Shown piece after piece: positions 21,526 to 33,740 of a stretch of DNA of 64,000 nt (position 1 is the stretch's first letter; each line of letters starts with the position of its first letter). The stretch comes from Anthoceros angustus (lineage: Eukaryota; Plantae; Anthocerotophyta), in assembly GCA_010909165.1 (NCBI GenBank), contig MU008215.1:248001-312000 (forward strand). The letters run 5' to 3'. A model generated the notes under the pieces. That model was not told the origin of the DNA, did not search any database, and was given only the letters and a program-made list of their open reading frames with translations. A program made the translations under genes and the position numbers.

Positions 21526-23969
21526 TTGCTCGTAGAGTCCCTTGGTAAGAATATCTAGGTTCGCGGTGTGAACCTTGACAAGTTGTACCCTCTTGTCGTC
21601 CAACACCTCTCGAATGAAGTGATACTTCACATCCACATGTTTAGTCTTCGCATGAAACCTTGGATTCTTTGCCAATTGGATAGCACTCACATGCAAACCG
21701 CGACTCAACCTTGATCCCCAAGTCTCCCACTAAGCAGGCAAGCCATATGGCTTCCTTGCAAGCCTCGATTCTTTGCAACATACTCGGCCTCTGTGGTAGA
21801 TAGCGTAATGCCTGCAAGCGAGATCGCCATGAGGCGCCCCTCCGATGCATGAAGACATAACTTTGATGTGGACCTCCTTTTGTCCATATCCCATAATGCA
21901 TCATGTACCCAACCACACATGCATCTTCACTACCAAAACATATGCACAAAGCTTTTGTACCATTCGGATACCTCATAACTCCTTTTCGCCTCCCAATGCT
22001 TCTTGGGTTTGACATAAACACGCTAACCACTCCTTGCAAAGGCAATGTCGGGACGTGTAGCAATCATTGCATACATCAAACTCCCTACGGTGATGAGTAT
22101 GGGACCTTCTCCATTTCAGCTTTTGTCCTCCTCGAGCTTGGGCAATCCGGCAGAAAGTTTCACATATGGAGGCAATGGGTACCCAATGGCTTCCCTTCTC
22201 CATGTTGAAGCGTTGAAGCACCTGTTAATGTATTAAATGCAGACAAATAAAGCGACGCTTATGTCTGCTCCGACGAATACGCATGCCAAGTATATGGCTC
22301 GCCTCCCAAGTCTGTCATTTCAAAGTGAGCATTCAACTTTGACTTCAACGAAATCTCATCGATCTTGTTCGACAATTAGCATATCATCCACATAGAGGAT
22401 CAAAATGAGCAAGCTTTGATCCTTAGCTTGCGTATAGAGGCAATGATCCTCATCCTTCGTTTGTAGCCTTGAGAAAGCATAAATGAGTGGAACTTGTGAT
22501 ACCACTCTCGGTGCTGTTTCAAACCATAAAGGCTCTTCCTCAACCCGCACACCGATGCTCTTTGCCCTTCTCAACAAAACCTTCTTTTGCGTAGACGTCC
22601 TCTTGAAGGTCACCATGCAAGAATGCCGTCTTGACATCCATCATACAGTTCCATATCATTCACACAGCAAAGCAAGAACACATCGCAAAGTTGTCATTTT
22701 GACTCTTGGTGAGAAAATCTCATCAAAGTCAATGCACGGTTGAAACCCTTAGCAACCAATCGTGCCTTGTACTTTGGTTTGCCATCAAGGTATGACCTTC
22801 ATCTTGTACACCCATTTGCAGTAGTGCCTTCTTATCCACGGAACCAACTCCCAAGTTTGGTTCTTATGCAGTAATTCATTTACATTGCATGGCCTTCTCC
22901 ACTTCTCTTTGTTACTCGTTGACATGGCCTCTTTGTAAGAAGAGGGTTCCCCACAATCTGACATGACATAATCCGATGGATCATACATCGGAGGTCGTGT
23001 AATCTGCGACCTACAGCAGGCACCTCTATAGGTGCTTGTTCGACTCTTGGTTCATCTACGGTGGAGGAATGTGCTCAGCACATTACCACGTATCAACGCC
23101 CATGATGATCATGTCCATCTTCTTGGAAGATCACCCTTCGCACCTCCACGGTTGGAGTAGGCTTCCATGCATCTTGTTCTCATTGAAGAACACGTCGTTA
23201 AATGCGAACAACCTTTCTAGCCTCTGGATCCACAAGCGGTATCCCATCTCACGAATCACCATAGCCAAGAAAAATACATTTCTTGGACTTAGGTGCCAAC
23301 TTGTCGAAACTCTTTTGGAACATGGCGGTATGCCTCACGCACTCGCGGATGCTTGTAGGATGGTTTCTTTCCACCATAGCTCCTCTGGAACCTCATCAAT
23401 GACCTTATTAGGAGATCATTAATAAGATGAATGCGATGAACATGATACGCCCAAAACCATTAGGCAATCCGAGTTTGACAACAAACTCGCATCCTCTCAC
23501 GAATGGTTACATTCATCCGCTCGCCACACCATTTTGTGGAGGAGTATCTGGTGATCAATTCTCTTTTGATTCCCTTGGAATCACGGAATGGGAAAGCTTT
23601 CGAAACATACTCTCCACCATTATACGTCCTTAGACACTTCGGTGGCGGTGATTCTCTACAAGGGTGACAAATTTACGAAACATCGAACTTCATCCTTTTC
23701 CTCAAAGGATAAACCCACACCTTGCGTGAGAAATCATCTATGAAAGTGACAAAATAGGAGGCACCGCCTAATGATGCAGAGGCATAGGTCCACATACATC
23801 GTGAACCAACTCAAGAGGTTTACTCCTACTTTATTTGTTCGATGTGATGATTTTGTCTGCTTCCCATATAAACAGCGCTCACACATCGAGAGATCAGAGA
23901 AGTTAAGAACAGGGATATAACCAGAACGAGATAAAACCTTCATTCCCTTCTGAGACATATGTCCTAACC
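21517..23969 (-). mobile_element. Copia family A internal region (pre-integrase, integrase, RT, RNase H)
   Basis: MSQKGMKVLSRSGY...CERCLYGKQ, LILILYVDDMLI and FHAKTKHVDVKYHF; homologous to 11320-13790. Confidence 0.9.
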
Positions 23970-26488
23970 TGTTGCTAAAGCGGAAGCTTATTGTAAATTG
24001 ACAAGAATGAATTAATTACAAAATTGTATGTCTTTTATACTTGTGACTTGTGTCCGTTCGCTTAACCTAAATAGCATTAAGTAACTACACATTAATCTGT
24101 GTTAGGGTAAACAATATAACCCTTAACACTCCCACTTAGCCGTAGACACAGATTAAATAGGAGAACCCTAACATCATTGTCTAGGCTAGCACGGGTTACC
24201 CCTTAACCAAACGGAAAACAGCTTATTATTATTCCCACTGCTCGCGAGTTGCATGTGCTCTGACGATTGCCATTCTCAGCTTGTCCGAATTGAAGGCTGG
24301 GAGCGATGGAGCTATTCCTGATCGCCCTTATAAGCGTGTTCGCCATGCTGATTACTTGCAGAGTTGAGGCGGTGATCACCGAAATGGCTCGAAGCAGGAA
24401 CCGTGCCCTGTCCAGCCAGAGGCGTCCTCTCGCGCAACACCCTGAAGCAGAGCCTCCTAGCTCAGATTCGCTGGAATCCGACACCACTGAGGAATTCTCT
24501 CTTCCAATTGCACAACGACGACCGACTGTGGCCAGCAGGAGCATGTTCCGACATCTTCATGCTGTGCTCAAAAAGTGCGAGGAGCTGGACCTGGCCCTAA
24601 AGGAAACAAGTGGCAGGCTGAATGAGCTACGGGACTTGGTTTCTCGCAGACCTAATCCAGATGACCCTGAACACCCCTTATCAGAGTCAGAGTGCAAGCT
24701 CATGGTGGAGGAGCTAATCCAGCTGGGTTACGTTGCAGAGGTTGACGGTGGACAACCTTACAGCCCCGCTCATGTGTACTGGTAAGTGAGGGGGAACTTC
24801 TTTCGTGCATACAGTCTACGATTTGTGACTGACATGTGAGATTCATCCACTAAACTGTCTGCTGCCTACATGCAAGCAATTCACGACTAGTTCTCGACAG
24901 GGAAGCTTCATCCACTGAACTACTTGCTGTTGTTACCACCTGTGACAGGAAAGACGATGACGGCAAGATATTTAGAAGGACAGGGTGGAAGCCTGGACCA
25001 CCCATTGACACCAGGCCCGTAGAGCCCTTCTAGATAGTCATGTCATTCAGTCCTCCTGTAAGCAAGTGTTGGCCTCATTTTGTAGTGGGAGTGGGCATGA
25101 CAAACTCCTTCAGTCCGAGAGCTGCAACATGCTTGTAGTGCTTCACTTTGGGAAGCCCTTTTGTCAAGATATCAGCAGTATTGCTGTCTGTATGTGTATA
25201 CTCAACCTTGACCACTCCTCTTTCTGCAGTATCACGTATGTAGTGATGATATAATTCAATATGTTTGGTACGTGCATGAAATCTCGGGTTCGAGACCAAG
25301 GCAATGGCACTCATGTTGTCACAGAAGAGCTGGGTTGGATCTGTCTGAGATAAGTGCACATCTGCCAGGAATTGTCGTTCCCATTCGGCTTCTTTACAAG
25401 CATCTGTTAACGCTTTATACTCCGCTTCAGTGCTTGAAAGTGCTAACGAGGCTTGCTTCTTGCATGACCAGTTGACAGATCCAGATGCTAACTGAAACAC
25501 ATAAGCCGAAAGGCTGCGTCTTGTATCTGCATCCAAAGCCCAGTCTGCATCAGCCCAGGAGGTAAGTACCATCTGCTTTAGCCCACTGGCTGTGTAGTGT
25601 AAACCAAGATGAATGGTGCCTTTAAGATAACGATAAATCCGCTTCACAGCAACCCAATGTGCTCGACCAGGGCTCTTGAGGAATTGGCTAACGATACTGA
25701 CAGCATAAGAAATGTCTGGGTGAGTCCAGTTGGCAATAAGGCCGCAACCTCGGCCGGGGTACGAATATAATCTCTGGCTGCTTTGGAACATGTCTCATCA
25801 ACTTTTCTCCCACTGCTGAGGGAGTGGAGACAGGACGAGCAGAATCAAGGCCGAACCTTTTAAGAATCTCCTTAAGGTACTTGGTTTGATGTAACACAAT
25901 GGTACCAGCAGCCCTGTCATGGAGACTTTGAATGCCGAGACAAAACTGCAGCTCTCCTTGATCGGTCATTTCGAACTCTGCTCGAAGCATGTCCTTGGCT
26001 TTATTTAACATAGCTGTGCTGTTGCTTAACAGAATGGCGTCATCAACATAGAGGGCTAGGATCACGAAGAAGTCACCTTCAGCAAAGTAGAAGACATTGG
26101 AGTCTGCCCCAGACTGCACAAAGCCCATCTTTTTTTGGTACTTCATAATACGCCTATACCAAGCCCTTGGGCTTTGCTTTAAACCATACAGAGTTTTCAA
26201 AAGCTTACATACGCGTTTTGGCCACTTAGGATCGACAAAGCCCTCTGGCTGCTCCATGTATATAACTTCCTCAAGCTCGCCATGGAGAAACGCAGTGCAT
26301 ACATCCATTTGGTGAACCTCGAGGTCATACTCAGCAGCCATAGCAAGCAGGATGCGGATGGATGGAGGTTTCACAACAGGAGAGAAAGCCTCCCCATAAT
26401 CCACACCAGGTATTTGGCTAAAACCTCGTGCAACTAACCGAGATTTATAGCGAGCAATTGTACCATCAGACTTCGATTTTGTCTTTCA
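23970..26488 (-). mobile_element. Ty1/copia family B, 3' half (RT, RNase H, antisense ORF, PPT, 159-bp 3' LTR), nested in family A
   Basis: Two 238-aa ORFs: FSPVVK...MDVCTAFLHG...LYVDD and WADADWALDADTRRS...FHARTKHIEL. PPT at 24129-24139; LTR TGTTAAGG...TAGCAACA at 23970-24128. Confidence 0.9.
24306..24785 (+). CDS. Intact 159-aa antisense ORF in the 3' region of copia B
   Basis: ATG-to-stop ORF between the RNase H stop (25075) and the PPT. Hydrophobic N-terminus, MARSR motif and heptad-like region; homologous to 7467-8093. Confidence 0.65.
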   Translation: MELFLIALISVFAMLITCRVEAVITEMARSRNRALSSQRRPLAQHPEAEPPSSDSLESDTTEEFSLPIAQRRPTVASRSMFRHLHAVLKKCEELDLALKETSGRLNELRDLVSRRPNPDDPEHPLSESECKLMVEELIQLGYVAEVDGGQPYSPAHVYW

Positions 26489-27661
26489 CATTGAAGTACC
26501 TTGTTTTGACAATGTTAGCATGATAGTAGATCTAGCAAGCTCATCCAGTCCGCCACTCATCTTGTCATACTACGGTTTGGGCTTTGGGCTTGATGCGCTT
26601 TTACGCACTAGAACATTATACACTTGTTCTTTCGAGAAGTTAGTACCATCTAACCGATATTGAACATGGCGTTTTCGATGATGAAGACATCATGACTCAA
26701 AAATCGTCTGAGATAAAACACTCGACTCGCCGGAAAAGTCAAAAGAAAACGATCCGTCGCGTATTTTGCGTTGACTATTCCACGATTCGCGCGAATATTT
26801 GAATTTTCGCTCACCGCACTCACCCGTTCGGCGCACTCTGTCTTTGCCGCCCGCCCGGCTGCCCACGCGCGCGCGCGGCGCCCCACCGCGCCCGCCGCAG
26901 CCACGCCCGCCGCCCGCCCGGCCCGCCGCGCCTGCGGCCAGTCGCACCCGCCCGCAGCGCCCGCGCCTGCGGCTGCGTAGCGGCCCGCGCGCCACTGCGC
27001 AGCGCGCCGCGCCCGCCGCGCTGCGCGCCCCGGCGGCGCCGCGCGCGCCGCGCAGGCGCCGCGCCTGCGCGCGCGCGGCGGCGCGCGCGCCACCGCTGGC
27101 GGCAGCGCGCCCGCGCCCAGCGGCCGGCGCGCTCGCGGCCAGCGCCCCTTGCGGCGCCCGCCCGCGCGCGCTCCGCGTCGCGCCGCGGCCGCCGCGGCGC
27201 GCGCTGCCGCGCGTCCGCGCGCCGCGGCGCCCGCCCCACGCGGCGCCGCAGCCTCCGTGCCCGCGGCCCGCCGCGCCACGGCCTCCCGCGGCGCCGCGGC
27301 TCGGGGTGCCTTCGGCCTCATCCGCTCGCGGCTGGCGTTGCGCCCGCGATCGGCGCAATTCCGTGCTGCCGACTGCGGCTAGAAAATTCTAGCATCACAA
27401 CACAACCAAACCTAGCTACGATACCGGTTGAAGGATGGTGTGGCACATGATGGTGGAAAGAGGAGAGGAGGAGGCAAGTAGCTCTCACATTGAGATGAGG
27501 CTTGGAGGTATTATACCCTCAATAGGAACTCCCTAGGAAGCTCCACAAAGCCCCTAGGAAGGGCACAAGAAGCTTCCTAGTGATTAGCTAAACTAATGAT
27601 ATGGCACCTAACTTAGACTAAGTGTATTAGTCTAAGTACATTGGGCTTTAATACCCTTACA
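26489..27661 (-). mobile_element. Copia family A 5' LTR, degenerate PBS, GC-rich leader and gag N-terminus
   Basis: LTR at 27429-27661 matches 13861-14115 and 30372-30627. ccggtatcgtagc follows as a degenerate PBS. gag fragments MSSSSK...RLDGTN...LDELARSTIMLT at 26490-26690. Confidence 0.8.
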
Positions 27662-29570
27662 TCCAGATTCAATATGTGGTTTTGGACTCGGGAGCAACCG
27701 ATCCATATTTGTTATGGCGAGGCTTTTCTACTTTCATTCCCTCACCTGATTTACATCACTTGTACTCTGGGTGATGGTGCAATCAAGGGATCGATCATCA
27801 TAGAGCTTCCAGATTCCTCTACTCTCACCCTCTCAGGTGTGCTTTTTGTGCCCTCTATGACTAAAAACTTAATGTCCGTCCTCAAGCTCACAGGAAGAAC
27901 ATTCTTGTCGAGTATGTTTTGATCATCTGGAGCTACATTACTCCTTTCGTAGTCCGTCGGATGATATTTTCTCTTGTACCCGTTCCATCTCTACTTGTTG
28001 AGCGTTCGGTCGATCATAGCACCTCAATCGCTTATGTTTTCATGATTCTTCAGCCCTCTCTCCTACACAACTAGCTGGCACTGTAGATTGGGGCATGTCA
28101 ATTTTCAACGGCTTTCTAGTCTAGTTAATTCCACAGTGTACAGAGATTCCTTAGTTTTTTCTGTTGATTCTCATCCGATCTGTGACGCTTGTCAAACTAG
28201 TAAGGCAATCTCTCAACCTTACAAAGATAAGTTCTTGTCTAGAGCTCCTAGTCTTCTTCACACAATACACAGTGATATCTGCGGCCCGATGTCCACCCTG
28301 TCTTTTGGTGGTGGTCTCTACTTTATCACCTTTCTGGACGAATGGAGCCGATACTGTACTGGGTACTGTCTACATTTTGCATCACAAGAGTGAAGCCTTG
28401 GACACTTTTAAGCAGTACCTTATAATGGCTCAGCGTCAGACTGGAGCTCAGGTTAAACTCCTATGAACGGACAATGGAGGCGAATATGTCAGTCATGCTT
28501 TTGCGGACTTTTGTGCTTCAGAGGGAGTTCTACATCGTACTGATTCCCTATACTCCGCCGAATGCTTTTTGGCGGAAGAACGATTCGGAGGCTACACTGG
28601 GTTATCTTTTTCGGGTTCTTGGTGAGGCCTTATGGCACTAATTATGTTCAAAATTGCCTTCCTTCTAAAGTTAGGACTTCTCACACCTTATGAGCAATGG
28701 ACCGGTAAGAAGCCTGACACACCGTATTGCGGATTTTGGAGCCCCCTGCTTCTTATGTTCCTTGTAGGTTGCGTCACAAGTTGGATCCTAAGGCGGTTCG
28801 TCGTGTTTTCATCAGCTATTATTACGAAGTTAAGGGCTATAAACTATTTGACCCCGGTACCCGACAGGTTACTCTTTCCCGTAGTGTTGTCTTTCATGAG
28901 AATGCCCTTCTTTGTCATCATGCTTCTGTTTTATCTCCTGGTGTCTCTCCTTTTTTTCCGACCATCCATGGCATTGATGATTCCCATGACTATTCCGAAG
29001 ACCCTCCTGATGTTTTCGTGTTTTCCTTTGACGAGTCTCCTTCTTCGGCTTCAGGGGGGGGATCTCACACCTGTCATTTCAACCCAGGAACCTACAACAC
29101 CTGTTCTTAAGCCTGAGCTTACTCCTAGTGCACCCTTGGAAGCCGTAGACGTTGTTCCTCCTATAGTCCCTATTTCTTTTGTTCCTCATGATACCCATGT
29201 TTCTCTTGTTCTTCGTCGTTCCTCCCGCACTCATCGCCCTCGTACTGAATGGCTCGACCCTCCTTTTGTTGCTGGAGTTGTTTCTTCCCATCCTGTGTCT
29301 TTTGATACCTCTGAACCTGTTACATATCAAGAGGGTATCACCGGCCCTGAAGCAGAATATTGGAAACAGGCTATTACTTCGGAATATGATTCCCTCATTG
29401 CCAACCAGACTTGGAAGTTAGTCGATTTACCCAAAGGTCGCAAGCCAGTTGCTTGCAAGTGGGTATTTAAGAAGAAGCTAAATACTGATGGGAGTGTAGG
29501 TCGATATAAGGCTAGGCTTGTTGCTAAAGGATATAGTCAGGTTGCTGGCCTAGATTATAATGAGACCTTT
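27662..29570 (+). mobile_element. Ty1/copia family C internal fragment (protease, integrase, RT start)
   Basis: WFLDSGAT (frameshifted), WHCRLGHVNF, IHSDICGPM, LDPKA and WKLVDLPKGRKPVACKWVFK...[12 protein letters not shown]. Confidence 0.85.
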
Positions 29571-30627
29571 ATTTGTCTCAGACGGAATACATTAGTGCTT
29601 CAAGCGTTTCCAACATGGAGAAGGGGAAACCATTGGGTACTCCATTGCCTCCATATGTGAAACTTTCAAGCGGATTGCCCAAGCTACGAGGAGGACAAAG
29701 GGAAATGGAGAAGGTCCCATACTCATCGGTGTAGGGAGTTTGATGTATGCAATGATTGCTACGTCGACATTGCCTTTGCGATGGGAGTGGTTAGCGAGTT
29801 TATGTCAAACCGGCAAGAAGCATTGGGAGGATAAAAGGAGTTATGAGGTATCCGAATGGTACAAAAGCTTGTGCATATGTTTTGGCATGTGTGGTTGGGT
29901 ACGAGATCTATTATACGAGGATATGGACAAAAGGAGGTCCATCGAGGTTATGTCTTCATGTGCCTTTGGAGGCGATCTCATGGCGATCTAGTTTGCGATC
30001 GTGCATTACGCTATCTACCACAGGGCCGAGTATGTTGCGACAAGCGAGGCTTGCAAGGAAGCCATATGGCTTGCTCGTTTAGTGGGAGACTTGGGGATCA
30101 AGGTTGTTGCCAGTGTTGCATTGTGATAGCAGTGCTATCAATTGGCAAAGAATCCGATGTTTCATGCGAAGACTAAACATGTGGATGTGAAGTATCACTT
30201 CATTCGAGAGGTGTTGGATGACAAGAGGTACAACTTGTCAAGGTTCACACCGGCCAGAACCTGCGATATTCTTACCAAGGGACTCTCTACGGAGCAATTT
30301 GCACAAGCTCGGACAACGATGGGCATGAGGTAGTCCATTCTTCTGAGTAAATTGGCCTTTAAGTGGGAGGTTGTAAGGGTATTAAAGCCCAATGTACTTA
30401 GTAATAATACACTTAGTCTAAGTTAGGTGTCGATTAAGTATCATTAGTTTAGTGAAGCTAATCACTAGGAAGCTTCTTGTGCTCCTTCCTAGTGGCTTCT
30501 TGTGGAGCTTCTAGGAGCCACATTGGAGGTATAAATACCCTCGAGCCTCATCTCAATGTGAGAGAGATCCATTGCCTCCTCCTCTCTCTCCTCTTTCCAC
30601 CATCATGTGCCGCCACACGATCCTTCA
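29571..30627 (+). mobile_element. Copia family A 3' fragment (RT end, RNase H, PPT, 3' LTR)
   Basis: FHAKTKHVDVKYHFIREV; PPT aagtgggaggt at 30361-30371; LTR at 30372-30627. Confidence 0.9.
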
Positions 30628-31119
30628 GTGAGGATTGGAGGAGGAAGGAGGAAGCTTAGGAGCTGATCCTTTCCTCTTCTTAAGCCGCCTCTTCTTCCTC
30701 CTTCTCCCCAACTCGGTATTCCCATTCCTCGCTAATCGAATGGCTCTAGCCGGCCTTAGTCTCGCTGCAGTGTACTTCCATTTTTCGGACAATCCGCTCC
30801 ACAAACCAATCCCTTTTGCTCTTGTGAGTACCCAGGTGGGTGGACCGCGCCCGCGGCCGGCGCCAGACACAGCCCCGCGTTCAGCGGTGCCGCGTGCCGT
30901 CTTGCCCGCCGCGCCCGCGCCGCGCCAGCGGCCCGCGCCCGTGTCGCCGCGGCCTCCGCTTGACGGCCCGCACGCCTGCCCGCACGGCCTTCTGCGCGCC
31001 GCCACGGCCTGGCCCCGCGGCGGGCTGGCGTCGCCAGCTCGAGGCCTTGCCTCGCTCACTGCCCTCGTGGCTCGCGACTGCTGGGCGTTCGCAACTCTGC
31101 GATATGGATCACCGCAATT

Positions 31120-31273
31120 ATACCCTCCACGGGGCTCCCTAGGAAGCTCCACAAGAAGCCCTGGAAGGAGCACAAGAAGCCTAGTGATTAGCTTCAGCTA
31201 AACTAATGATACTTAATCGACACCTAACTTAGACTAAGTGTATTAGTCTAAGTACATTGGCTTTAATACCCTT
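31120..31273 (-). mobile_element. Partial family A LTR, inverted relative to 30372-30627
   Basis: cttagactaagtgtattagtctaagtacattggctttaataccctt is the reverse complement of the LTR-A start. Confidence 0.85.
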
Positions 31274-31274
31274 G

Positions 31275-33657
31275 TGGTTCCGTGGGGCCGCCATTGCCCT
31301 TCCGCTCCTTGCGCGTCCTTTCCACCCTTCAGACGCCTCCTCCGCCTCTTGCCACCTGCTGGCAAAGGCAAGGGCACGGGCGGCCTGGCGCCGCCATGTA
31401 GGCAATCCCCGCCTGCCAAGGCCGAGTCGTGAGCTGCACTGATGTTGTTGTAGGTTGCTGGCCCGCCGAGTTGCGACAACCGCCCCATCCCACGCTTCTT
31501 TTCTCGCTACGGATGCTCGGGGCACCAAGAGGAGAGATGCGGGATGTCTTCCCACACTTCGGGTGGCGAGGGGGTCTCTGCTCCACGATAGAGTCCGGAA
31601 TCCTCCCGCCTCCTCTTGACCGCTTGTTCGACCGACGGCCTCCGCCTCCCTGCTCTCCCTTCCTCTCGCGCCTAGGGCGCCCCTTCCGTAGTGCCCGCTC
31701 CTCTTCCCCCTCCTTCAGGAGGTTCATGTGCCCCACACATGAATGAGAAACGGCGATAACGCCGAGGGAGGTGGCTTCTCGCTCCTCAACTTGCGGGCCT
31801 CCTGGTTGATGCAGGCGAAGATTATCCTGCCCCAGTCGGCGCGTTTTCCCTTCTATAGGTCGTGGAGGAACACCAACACATTATCCCCAAGGTGGTCCAC
31901 CTTGGTGAGCATATTCCAGTGGACGATAATTTTCGCCACTAATCGCACCCTCCTATCCAGGAAGTCCGACATCAGCCACCCGTTTGAGGATCGCTGCGTT
32001 CCGGGTCGCAAGAGGGCCGCCCTGGCCGCTTCCACCTTCCCCTTCACCTTCGTGACCCGCACTACCTCCCACTTCCTCCGGCTTGTAGATCGCCTCAGGA
32101 CCTCCACGGCCCACCTCCCGGGTCCTCCCACGAGTTCTTGATCGGACCTCCTTGTTGGCCGCTGCCATCCCGCGTACCCCACTAGGTGACGCCAAAGGTC
32201 CGATACCGGAAAATGTCCGGTGCCATTCCTCCACCGCCTCCTCCGCCTCCGCCCACGGACGTCCGGTAGCGCCAGACGATGTTGCGCCCACCAAGCGCCA
32301 TGGCTCCCACACCTCCGCCGCTTTCTTGGGTCCCATCCTCGCCTTCTGCTCGCTGAGACTTGAGGCTCCACACCGCTTCACACAAGCACAATGCTTTCAC
32401 CAGTCCAAGCCGAGCTGGAAGGTGCCGAGCGCCGAAAAGACAACGCAGAGCCGGTGGTCCGAGCGCGCGAGAGAGCGAAAAATCGCCAGGTTGTTTGAAA
32501 GAATGACCTCCGCCTCGCCTTCCGCCGAGAGTAACCATCGCGCTGGAAGGGCGGCTCTTCGCCGCTCAGAATCGCTGTGAGGCCTCGCATGGCTTACTTC
32601 CCCGCCCCACGCCCGCTTTCACGCCTTACGCCGCAGATTTAGCCTTACCGCCGGTACCCTGAGCGTGAATACCGCCATAACCAAGCCACGGCAACCCTAC
32701 GGTCCGGTTTGCCGCATGCCTGCCTACCACTCAAGACTGGCCCACCGTGGCTTCGCCCGCCTAAATCACGCCCAACTTCTAAGTTACTTTACTTGGCGAG
32801 ATTTATCCTGGCCTCCTTGCTCCCGGAGTGGTCCGACTTATCCCGATACCCTGCAGGGTCCAGAAGTTCTTAGAGGTGCTCAAATCCTTCCGCCTACTCC
32901 GAGTCTCGCCTACTCCGAGTCCTTCATTTACCCGAGTCCTTTCGCTTACCCAGAGTCCCTCTCACCACTCGAGTGCACCGAGTACAATTGAGTACTCCGA
33001 GCTTATTTCTTCCTTCCCGCCTTGTTTTCTACCCGCATCACGAAAAACAAACCTCACTGCTTCCTACCCATGTATGGCGAGTCCGTGGTCCACGTCACCG
33101 AAAGGTGCAATTACGAGCCTCGGAGAGATCGATCAAGGTCCCGTGACGGACCCTAACGTGGTGGTGTGGTGTGAGGGACGATCAGAGACCCTTGCTCTTC
33201 CAGCAGCGTCTGACGCCGGACGGACCGACGCTGTGAGCTGGGAACTCCGGGAGAGCGTGTAGAGCCCAGACGGAGAGGCCCGGCGGAACGACGGAGGAGG
33301 TCCGGACCACGCAGCCCACCCACTTTTTCCCAAGAAGTGATGAGCGTATTGAGAGTGGTGAGGAGAACGGACTAGACGGACGAGGAACGGACTGATAGGG
33401 TACGGATGCGAACGAGTCCTTAAACGTTTGGCCACACCGGGCCTGTTCGGTGAACGTTAAGAGCAATTAGTCGTAGAACTGTGTACGCGTGCGCTTGAGT
33501 CCGAAACGGTCACGACGTTGAGGTGAGAATCGGTTGAAAACGTGCCAAACGGAGCCTATCATTCTCTTGGGAACGGACCTCTTGCTACAACGACATGGGA
33601 TTGTGCGCGCCCGGCTGGCCGAAAGTCGCTACCATGATCCGCGGTCAGTCCTAATAC
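31275..33657 (-). mobile_element. Gypsy-like retroelement fragment: LTR-like end (33145-33657), leader with ccgagt repeats, degenerate extra ORF
   Basis: TG start at 33657(-) and homology to 20654-21130. Frameshifted ORF MGPKKAAEV...KGKRADWGRIIFACINQEARKL...SALSPFLIH resembles plant retrotransposon accessory ORFs (recalled, not searched). Confidence 0.45.
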
Positions 33658-33740
33658 AAGATGTTGGTAACATTAACTAGCACTTGTTCCAAGCGATCCG
33701 GGCTATAAGTTCAGCCGATTCATAGGCTTCAAACCGTAAT

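Noticed and set aside
26650-27392. Long Ala/Arg/Pro/Gly ORFs in all six frames
   Set aside because: They arise from an almost A/T-free tract in the copia A leader that has no stops by composition; possibly a base-calling artefact.
21126-27666. Single full-length family A element with TSD
   Set aside because: Flanks ccgtg and tccag do not match; the two ends sit in different host elements.
30625-31201. 182-188 aa GC-rich ORFs
   Set aside because: Low-complexity tract between inverted LTRs; no motif.
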